Part shown: piece after piece, positions 26,481 through 37,030 of the stretch
Layout of the letters: each line of letters begins with the position of its first letter
Position numbering within the stretch: the first letter of the stretch is position 1
NCBI GenBank assembly: GCA_043228905.1
Contig: JBHGNT010000018.1
Coordinates: 868,001-932,000 of the forward strand
DNA from: Azolla caroliniana
Taxonomy: Eukaryota > Plantae > Polypodiophyta
Reading direction: 5' to 3'
DNA: 64,000 nt
The notes under the pieces: generated by a model
Told to the model about the DNA's origin: nothing
The model's database searches: none
Seen by the model: only the letters and a program-made list of their open reading frames with translations
Made by a program: the position numbers and the translations under genes

Positions 26481-28187
26481 TATTTAGTAAGGTGAAGAAA
26501 ACCATTTCGTTGAATACACTGTTGATGTTAAAAAGTGGGTTGTTAGGCTATCCCAGAGAATACACACATTGTTGAATCATGGGGGAGGAAAGGGACAATA
26601 TGCAACCTTTGTTAATTAAATAATATATTGTTTTGATTTCTCATTGCACAACCTGTATAGGACAAAGACCATGTTGAATACCATCTTTTTGTTGTATTTT
26701 CCTTGGTCCTTCATTAACAATACAATTATGTTCTAAAGAGGAACATCATGAGATCTTTACATTTCATGCTGTTCTAATCAGGATCCATTATACTTTTATG
26801 CGTTACTAATCCGTTGAAGCTGTTTGAAATAAGATAAAGGACATAGGTCTTCCTAGGTTGTTACCCCAAATTCGCATAAGATCAAAGTAGGTTCTAGATT
26901 GAACGATGCTCCTCCAGACATTTAATTGCTAATCTTATTTTCAACAATGTTGAAGAGCAGCATTCCCATTGGCTGTCAACAATGTTGGAGCATTCTGGAT
27001 TTAAGAATGCTCTTCTAGATATATTTGCTTCTAGATTCAACAATGCTGAGACCAGCATTCTCATCGCTTGTCTAGTGTTTTGGAATTTATCTTAAGCTAC
27101 CTCGACTTCTCTGCTGAACAAGAAGTCTCTTCCATCTACTTGTTATGTGGCTGCCACAACTATCAGTAAAAAATATTTTATGCCGTATCCTCTATCTGTA
27201 TACCATCATGGTTATATCGAAGTTGTAATGTTGTTTATTTGTAAGGACAATACATTCTGTTAAAGCTCGGCAAAACATTTTGTGTTTAAGCTTCAAGCAT
27301 AAGGAATCTGCAAGCAGCGTACAAGAGTTTATCTTCTATATAAACTTTTACCATTGTGGAACCCAATTATCACTTCAATAGTGTGTCCTGCAATCAGTTC
27401 CTGTACCACCTCTAGAAATGCAGTGAAAGGATTGGAATGAAACTTCAGAGGGGTGGCGTTTGTATGGAATAATACCAATAAACTCCAATCAACAATCTGA
27501 TATGTTTGATAGGAATACAAAAATAAATATGAATTGGGGTTAGCACTGAACCAATAAAAAATTATGCCTTTTGTAATCTCCTCTGTAGCAATATGACTAC
27601 ATATTACTGGTGGAGCAACACAACAAAAAATGTAATTATTCCAAATGTTTCGACTTGCTTTTTGACCTTGAAGCTTTTTTAATGCAATATAACAGTAGAC
27701 AATTCACATTTTCTCATATACAACCAATCACCTACTCCTGGGCTGTAGATAACAGCAAAGGGTTGGCTATATTTTTCACACTTATCTAACGATACAACCT
27801 AATCTATCACACAGATGCTGTATACATCATAACCAATCACCTACTCATAACATATATCATCTTATACTTATTCAATGCTAAAATACAACCTAGTCTGATG
27901 CACAGATCAACTCTTTGCTTGGAGTTAGGTACCACAGGTACCACATGTGTCATGAAAAAACTATTCTAATTTCTCACATTTAAATTCAAGCAAATAGAAT
28001 TCACGTCTGCAAAATGGGCATGTTTGCAATGCCTTTTTATATTGAAAAAGTTGAACTGTTTTGTATTCCAAGCCAGATTACAAAAAGATCATGTATGTAG
28101 TCACTCTACAGAAACTGACATTACTAAGGTAAATAATACTATGTATTATGAACATTCTAGCACAATGTGTGCACTCGAGAATAATGG

Positions 28188-30843
28188 TTACTCTTGTGAG
28201 CTATTGCTTCCCATGGCCATCAAAAACTCACCTTCACATACTACCTCACCGCCTACATAGGCCTTACCCTCCATTTTCGCTATTCCAAACCTCCTTTGCA
28301 ATTTTACAAGAGTCATGCGCATGACCAGAGTATCCCCAGCTATTACCGGTTTTCTAAATCGCACCTTATCAACTCCTGCAAAGAAGAAGTTGTCTTTTGA
28401 GCCGCCCACTTCTGGCTGCAACATGACAATGCCACCAACCTGTGCCATTGCCTGACATCATATCAATAGAACTAGTTTCAGAATATTAAGCAGTCAATAC
28501 TTAATAGGCGAGAATGCACAACGTTAAATGCATCGGACATCTTTCTTGTGAAAATTATGTTTCATGTTTCCTGTTGCATGTTGCATTGTGGACATATTTC
28601 ATACAAACAAATGATGACTTTAGCAAATGCATTGTAAGCATATCATGTAAAAATGATGAATCTGGCAAATGCTTGATTTAAATCTTGAATGTGACAAATG
28701 TGAATATAAAAAAAATCAACAATGTGGCATGTCACATTGCATTATAAGAATGATGAATATCAATAACAACAAATAATAATGTTGCGATTTGCATTGCATA
28801 ACATGTTTAAAGTAAGGGTGTTACATGTTGCATTGAAACGTGAACTTATGTCATATGAAACTCCCCCAATCTTCGAACTGCAGACTTCAGATGTTTCTGC
28901 TCATGATTTCTATAGTTTGATCTGGTTTTGCATTTTATGTGTTTACCACATGCACAAGCTTCTAAATACACATTCAGTGTTTTGTGCAATCTTTAAGTTT
29001 ACCAACAGATGGGCATGCTTTTTACTGTATTATAGTGTAGTGTAGTGTTTACAGACACCAGCACCTCATGTAAAGGATTCAGTTTTTTTACTTACTAATA
29101 TTGTAAGGCTTTTTGCATGAAAGATAGACTTAATGTATTAATTGCCTTGCATGGCATGCTTAGTTGCATTGTTTTTGTGTAACATGGTAAAAACAACTAG
29201 AAATTAATGGATTACATCTCCTGCCCTACTATATTGGATTGTTTTAGTACCATATGAAACTAGAATGTTACCTCAACCATAAGAACACCTGGCATGATTG
29301 GCCTTTCAGGGAAGTGCCCGGGAAAGAAATTGTCATTGATTGTTACGTTTTTAATGGCAACAGCAGAAACACCAGGATTATATTCTATTACCCGGTCTAC
29401 TAGGAGGAAGGGAAACCTGAATGTAGAACTGATTAGTTACACATCATCCTTCATTGAATTCCATACAGACTCAACAAATTATTCCAAACAAAAAAGACAA
29501 TGAGGGTGAAAGCATTACCTATGTGGAAGAATCTCACGAATCTCATTAATGTCGAGCGCTGTAGGGAAAGCTGGAAAACCTATTATGAGGCAGCAAAAGA
29601 TATGTACTCTTATATTTCTGGTAAAGAAAAAATATACCTTAAACCATCTCTCTCAAAAACCATTTCTCCTTACAAAAACTTTCCCTCTTCATGAGTCCAT
29701 ATTTCGATCAATATTCCATAACTACCTCCTCTTGTTGATGGTTACTGAGGTTCAAAAAGGTTTCTCTTTTCTTCTTAAGTTTCTGCTAATCTTCTTCTAT
29801 TCAGATCTATATTTCAATAAATAAAGATCAATGAGTTTGGTATGCTTCTGATAAGCTTTTGTAAAAGTATAAGGATGTGTTTCAAAAGATGAAGATCAAT
29901 AAGCTATATTTGGTTTTCTAATCATGTAACAAAGTGTATCCATTTACTGATAGACTGCCCAATAGACAGCTGATGATAGCTTAAAAAGTAAGATGATATC
30001 ACAGTCAGTATGGAAATGCATAGTGTTTCAACAATAGAAGATACTAGAAGAAATTTGTTCACGGTCATTCTTCAACCAGGGCATCACAATAGTTCTCCGT
30101 TTTGCTACTGTTGTAGTAAAAAAACGTGCATGCATGCCAAAAGACAGGCCGTCCAATTAGTTTAAGGTTGATATAGCATAAATTGCACCTTGATCAGGTT
30201 TATATACCAGCTAAGCCTAATTCGCAACAAGTGGATGAAATCAGCTTCACAACCAGAGGCTGAAATCATTCAAGATTCAGGAATAAGAACCTTGAATTGA
30301 TTAGCAGCACAGCAGAACATGGTTTAGAACCCTTATAAAACGAGAATAGGATGAAATCACAAGAAAAACGTTTACACTTTTTTGACGACAAAAATGCAAT
30401 CCGTATTTCACAGGCCTTGATAGCACGCAAAAAAACATACCTAAAACAAATTTTCATAACAAAAATACGTAATTGCTAGAGCATCATTGCAAAAAAGAAT
30501 CTGATCCCCTAACATTGCACAACAAGAAGATGAAAAGAAGAGAGAAATGCTTACGCTTTTCTATGGGGATTTCACTGTCAGAGGAGTCATGAGAAAGAGG
30601 AGGAAGAGCAGATGACACATTGGTAGCAGCACAAAACGAGATTTTCGAAGATCGACGAGACGATCTCCTCCTCCGATGATGATGATGATGATGATGAATC
30701 AAAGAATTAGGAGTAGTTAGAGGGGGACGAAAAGATTTGCAGGTAGTCGATGCAGCCGTAATCACGCGGAACTGTTCGATATTCTGAGGATGATTAGAAG
30801 CAATGGAGACGACGGGAGGAGAAGGCGCAGAAGCAAACGCCAT
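28188..30843 (-). CDS. FabZ: plastid 3-hydroxyacyl-ACP dehydratase, 4 exons
   Basis: Exons 30843-30555, 29579-29519, 29416-29272 and 28451-28188. Motifs [43 protein letters not shown] and [11 protein letters not shown] follow an N-terminal Ser/Thr/Arg-rich transit peptide. Confidence 0.96.
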
Positions 30844-31021
30844 CGCCGTCTGTTTGCGCGCGCAGAGAGACAGACAGACAGAGATCTCGCTTTGGCGTTG
30901 TGAGTCTTGAGTTCGAAACCGATCAACGCCTTTTTTGCATAACTATTAAAAACAAAGAAATTATTTCATAATTTGAGAAGGAGAATGAAGGCCCCCAAAG
31001 GCACACGTGTTCGATTGCTTG

Positions 31022-31059
<38 letters not shown>

Positions 31060-33084
31060 TTAACGCCTTCAAAGACCAAATTTGGCCCATGCAAGGGTGG
31101 TGTGATTACTAAGTAAAGATTGTGACAAATTAGTGTCGAGCGAATCATTGCTCAATGGGCGATCCCTTGGTGAATCATGCATCCATTCATGGATTCTCTC
31201 GATCGAATGAAGCACACTACTTTGGTGACGATCCGTCGTGTAACAACAACGTAGTTCATGCAGTCACGAGCAGTCAATCTAGCTCGTGGGTTTGATGCTC
31301 AAATAGAGGAGGCTAAGAGTGATCTGATGATTATCACTGATCTTCCTACACATCCATTTTAATGTGTGGTCTCGTTGCCGAAAGGGATGTAGAGCTCCAT
31401 TACGTATGATCTCCCCCATGGACACATCATTTCATTGGTTGTTTCGAGCGAGTAGCCAACATTTACCATGTAATGTTGCTTCTTGTTATACCCCACCCAC
31501 CATTACACAACATTTCACATAATATATACATAATTTCATTATTGTGTGTTGAATGACAAATATCTGCATTTCCTTTGATGATGATAATGATGAAGAAGAG
31601 GAAGAGGAGATTTTTCTAAGAGAAAAGAGTTATTGCTCTATTCTACATAGTCATTCAGTCAGACAGACAGACAAAGACTTTATGTTGTGCCCCTAAAATA
31701 TGGGGGTTTCGAAAAATGCAAGGAAACATGGTTGGGACTAAACAATTGAGCCAACAAGATTATTCATTCTCATTAATTAAATGAGATAACAAGGTTAGGT
31801 GATTTCAAGCTCCTTAGAGCCAAGAACGACCAACAAGAGAGAGAGATAGATTCTATTATCGTCTTCTGAGGTCAAATATGACCTATGAGACCAAAAATAT
31901 TACATTTCACATGATACGTGTGAATGTGAGTAGCAAGTCTCGATGTTCAAGAACTCTACCAATGAATGTTGCAATCGAGAGTGCACATTGTGATTGTGAG
32001 AGAAATCCATGCAAAGAGTGGGCTTGGTTGAAGATGTATCGAAAGCATGGTTGAATATGATCATTGTATCAAAGTGTGATACTCAGACTCTCAGACATGT
32101 TTAGGTCAAAGTGTGCATAGTCAACCACTCTCATCATTTCTGCCCCAATGCCCCGTCTCACATCGCAATGCATGTGAACTAAGTCTCATGGTAGCAATGG
32201 TTTGAATGGCAGATAATGGGATGGGCTCTAACATGTATCGATGTGTACGGTTTCCCCATTCTACGAAGAATATGGTTTTGTAATTAGGTGCAACATGTGT
32301 GGTATAATGTGTGAAGCGTGAGCCTCCATGTCATGATACATTGGCGTTGCAATAAGGCCTCATTTACAAAGGAATGTAGTGAAGCATCATGAATCAAGTG
32401 TGTTGCATCCCATCTACCAAACCATTTTTCTATATCTTGCATCTAATCAGAACACAAAAATTTGCTTTTATGTGTCTTTTGGATCTTTTTGCTTGCTTCC
32501 CATACAGCTCTAGGAAAGTTGATGCGAGGGACATTTTTGAACCTTAAGCATGTATTCAACAACCCTTTCCATGGTTGTGACCTCAATGGGAAGTGATCTC
32601 GGCTCAAGGGGGAGGAGGGAGTGGGGCGTTTGTTTCTTAACAGTAGACTTGTACAAACTTTGTAAGAAAATGTTTTTGGACATTTTCAAACTCTTTCCAA
32701 GTAGATTTAGGGATGCTACCACCCCATAGAGAAGCACCGGTGTCACCAAAGTGTCGAAAAGGTATTTCTTGATGACCCAACACTTAATATCTCCATGATT
32801 GCAACTGCATAATATACTCGTTTTCCTGCCTCCAAGCGACGAGTAGCACATTCATTCCATCATCTATGATTTGAAGGAACTTCAAGGCCAAGATATTTGA
32901 AGTTTTCCACACATTCAAGTGGCTCATTATTGTACATAATGCATGGTTTATCTCTTTTTTGGCTCTTCACAAGCATAATCATTGTTTTAGAGCTATTGAC
33001 ACTTAATTTAGTATGCATGCAAAGAATTTCCAATTACCTTCATAAGCTTTAGTGCATCTCCTAAAGTATTTGCAAAAAGCATTA

Positions 33085-33499
33085 TGTTACCGCTCGGCAA
33101 AGGAGTCCAGGGTGTGAAACGGGGAGTTATTTAATTAGTAGGAAGAGTGTGGACGGACGAACCGGAATCGGTATGCCGTTCCAGATCCGAACCGATCCCG
33201 AACAGGTGCGGATGGCACCATTTTGTAATACAGACCGGAAACCTATTTAAAGGCCCGGATACAATGTAATGAATAGCGGTTAATTAATAAAGCTTAGTGT
33301 TGTTATCTCTCTGTGTTAATTGTCGTTCTGCCTTCATTGTTATATCTTACGCGTGTGATTATTAAAGACGATCATGCTAAGTAACCTAATTAAGTCGGAT
33401 TAATCGTTGAGTCTAATCCTGTTGCAGTAACACCCCTTTGGTGAAGTGTCTTCCGTAGACACCCTGTGTTAGGCCATTGTCCGGCCCTAAGAGTTAACA
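33085..33499. mobile_element. solo LTR (415 bp) inserted in the LINE RT
   Basis: Termini TGTTA...TAACA with a perfect 5-bp TSD CATTA at 33080-33084 and 33500-33504. Removing it restores LIYADDVMLFANTL. Confidence 0.9.
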
Positions 33500-34181
33500 C
33501 ATTACATCATCTGCATATATCAAAAGCATAATCACAACATTGCCAATGGCTACTTCTTCAACACATTCTTCCTTAACAAACTTGGCAACCCTTTCTTCTA
33601 ATTCGTCAATGCATACTCATATGCACACAACATATAACCTTCTCATATATTCGAGAAATTGCAAGCATATATTCACTGCGCACATTTAGTTCTTCCATTC
33701 GCCTCCAAAGATACTCACGAGGTACCATATCAAAAGCTTTCTTGAAGTCTACGAAGCAACAATATAAACCTTTACCTCTAAGGCAACTTTCCTCCATTAA
33801 TACTCGAAGAGTGATAAGGTGATCAATAGTGTTATGGTGTTTTCGAAAGCCAGCTTGTCCATAAGCTCTCTTACCATTTTTTTCAGCCCATGCACTTATC
33901 TTTGATTTCATTATAAATCCAAACAGTTTTGCCATTAGCGAGCCAACCATGATAGTTCGATAGTTGTTTACATTATTTACATCTCCACCTTTATGTAAAG
34001 GTTTGATCCAATTTGTAGTCCAATCATACGACATACCATGTTGCAATCCATGATTAAACATATCATTTATCCATACATGTGCTTCCTTTCCCATTCATTT
34101 GAGCATTTCGGCCTTTATACATTGAAGATCGCTTGCCTTTCAAGAGGTCAATTTCTTAAGTCCTATGCATATATCTTCAAT

Positions 34182-34578
34182 TAACAATTAGCAACAGTTC
34201 GATTTGAACCAAACCGAACCGCGAAACCGCGGTTTAACGGCTTAACGGTTCAATTCAGTTCAGGTTTAGGTTTTTAAAAACGGTTTGGTTTCAACAGTCA
34301 AAAACCGCGGTTTAAACGGTTTAACGGTTTTTTTTTATTTTAATTTAAAAACTGTTTTAAAACAATCTTTGCATTTTTAAACCTTATTCTCACATTTTAG
34401 GAACATCTTAAAAATTTTAAATAATGAAATATTAAAAATTTTAAAAATTTTAAAATTAGACCTATGTTGAAAACCGAAACCAAACCACAAAATTGCGGTT
34501 TTTACGGTTTAACAGTTTGAAAAATGTTTTCACGGTTTGGTTTGAACCCTCTCAAACCAAACCAAACCGTTGTCGTTG
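34182..34578. mobile_element. hAT-type MITE (AACCG-rich family) nested in the LINE, right end damaged
   Basis: Left TIR TAACAATTAGCAA. The body is the reverse complement of the 51305-51776 copy. No right TSD is visible. Confidence 0.8.
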
Positions 34579-36005
34579 CGTTTGAAGAAATTGCTGAGTA
34601 ACGTCCCATATTCTTCTCTTTCTTTAAATAAGGCTTTTGTACTCATGCAAATGCTTTTGGTTTTCTTTATCCTTAACTACATCCAAAATCATTAGGCGCT
34701 TTCAAGTTTCATGACATTCTTTATCAAACCAATTTTTCTTTGAACTAAATTTCTTGGTGTATTTCCAAGATGGTAGTTAGTCGAAAAACATTTGTTTGTG
34801 CATGAGAGAATGACTTTCTTAAAAGCTTCCCATTTGCATTCTAGTGTGGCATCATGTTGTATATTTGTTATTTGTAACATATCCTCAACCATTTTGGAAT
34901 ACATGGGTGCTCGCTTAAGGTTCACGCTCAAGTGCAATTGTTTATTATCTTCAATGGCCTTTTCACAATAAAACTTATGCATACATCTAAGGTCAATACA
35001 TAATGCCCTATGATCGGATTTTGGTGTCCAATCACCAAGTAAGAATTTATGTATACGATCCAAAATACCTTCGAGAAGTATCACATAGTCAATCACACTA
35101 TTTCTATTGTGTTTTCTACATGTAAAACCATTAGTGTTAGCCATAAAGAAACACCACTTGCAATAAGCAATCCGGTACTATTGCACATTTGTAGGAGTAA
35201 CTTCCCAAATTGGTTCGGATCATTTTCATCGCTAGAAGAATGGTTATACATTTGTATACCCTATTGTATTCTTGAGATATGTGGCATTAAAGATTCTTAT
35301 GCATCAAGTTGGAAACTTCATGTTCAGGCATTCATGTCACCAAAGACAATAACTTCCCCTCTGGATTTAAAATAAGCAATATCATCTTCTAGATTGGCAA
35401 AAGGTTGATCTTTATCCAAACAAGCATAGAAGTTAGAATCTTGATGAGGAATGTAATATCCAACTACAAAAGTGGGCAAATCCCTAGGTGTTTCTATTTT
35501 GAGCCATATGTGGCATTTATGTTCATCATTTTTTATGATCGACACATATTTCTCTATTTCCTTCTTAATCAAAATGTCACCCCTCATTGTCCTCTTCTTT
35601 GTCTTAGATTTTTCTCCCATATCAAAGAGTGTACATTATAGTTTATTAAACCTTTAATCCTTTGAGTATCATGCTCCCATGTTTCAACAAGAAGCATGAT
35701 ATATGAGTCATTGGTGAACTCCTTTATGCCAAGTCCCGCATTCCATGGGTATCCATTGCAATTCCAAAAGCATAGTTGTAGAAGATGTAGGTTAGTCTCA
35801 TAGGTCGTTTGTCCCTATTTGCCTACATTTCTGTTTTTGGCCACATCTTTAGCCTTATTTTTTAATTTTCCTTAGTCTCATAGATAGATAAAGAGAGAGA
35901 TAGTAGAATATCAAGGAATGAGGAACCAATGTGGTGTGGTCCTCCTTTTACAGGGCAAATATGACTATTGGGGTTAACCATTGGACAATTCGTTGGGATT
36001 GCTCG

Positions 36006-36356
36006 TAACAATCGGCAACAATTTTGAACCGAACCGCGGCTAAATGGCTAAAATGGTTCGGATTGGTTTCAACAATCAGATACTACAATTTAAATTGTTT
36101 AACAAATTTTGAGGTTTATAATAAAAAAATAATAACTTTTTTTAAACAATCTTTTCATTTTTAGACCTTATTCTCACTTTTTAGGAAAATCTTTAAATTT
36201 TAAAAAATAAAAAAATTGACCTAAGTTGAAAAACCAAAACTGAACCACGAAACCGTGGTTTAATGGTCTAACGGTTTGGTTCAGGTTTCAAATTTTTTTA
36301 AGGGTTCGGTTTTGACCCTTTCAAGCCGAACCGAACTGAACCATTGCCGATTGTTA
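36006..36356. mobile_element. hAT-type MITE
   Basis: 13-bp TIR TAACAATCGGCAA/TTGCCGATTGTTA, 8-bp TSD ATTGCTCG (35998-36005) / ATTGCTTG (36357-36364), and subterminal AACCG repeats. Confidence 0.9.
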
Positions 36357-36409
36357 ATTGCTTGTTGGGATAGGGTTGCCTTAACCTAGGGTGGCACACC
36401 TTTGGGATT

Positions 36410-36900
36410 AGGACGGGTTCTTTTCTTGGGTTCCGGTTTGGTTTGATTTCTTTGACTTAAAATCGAACCATTTATATAAAACAAAAACCAATCCAAACCG
36501 TTTCTGAACTCTCAAGCCATTTAAACCCAAATCGTTTAAGGAAAAGTTGAAACCAAACCGACTCATTTAATAAAAATTATAAACCTAAACATTTTGTCAA
36601 ACCAATTAAAAATAAATAAGCATTTAAGTTAAATTTAATAAATCAATAACAAAGACATTAAGTAAACCATTAAATTAAGAAGACCATTAATAAATCAATT
36701 ACAAAACTATTAAATAAACCATCAATTAAAATAAATAAATAACCATTAAATTAATAAACTACATATTAAGGGGGCGAAAAGAAGTTAACCAAAAAAAACC
36801 TTTCAACCAAATCCATTAAAAAACCTCTAAAACCGAGGTTTAGAACCAAACCGAACTGAAACCGAATTGTTGATTAGAAAATCCAAACCAAACCCATTAA
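36410..36900. mobile_element. second AACCG/CGGTT-rich, AT-rich-core MITE-like element immediately upstream of FHIT
   Basis: GGTTTGGTT motifs at the left, AAACCGAAC motifs at the right and an A-rich core. Termini and TSD could not be resolved. Confidence 0.45.
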
Positions 36901-37030
36901 ATTTGTTTGGAAGAAATACACAGTGAACCCATGGCGTAACGGTTCGGTTCGGTTCAGTTCGAGCCGGGGTCTGTCACAACCCACTTCATATATGTACATT
37001 ATATGTATGTATGTATATGCTACTATTACT

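Larger units (their letters stand above)
31836..35900 (-). mobile_element. LINE with near-complete ORF2 (APE endonuclease + RT; RTE/RTEX-like by inference), pseudogenised and carrying two nested insertions
   Basis: APE motifs WNCNG, LVETW, VIVFGDMNA, VIDY and SDHRAL. RT motifs NYRTIMV, QAGFR, FVDFKKAFD and YADD. It has the 3' stem-loop and (CT)n tail, with AAGAGAGAG(AG)ATAG-like sequence at both flanks. Confidence 0.92.

Noticed and set aside
6619-30843. Horizontal transfer of bacterial-like PhoD, PYD1 or FabZ
   Set aside because: All have spliceosomal introns and targeting peptides and belong to families generally present in land plants.
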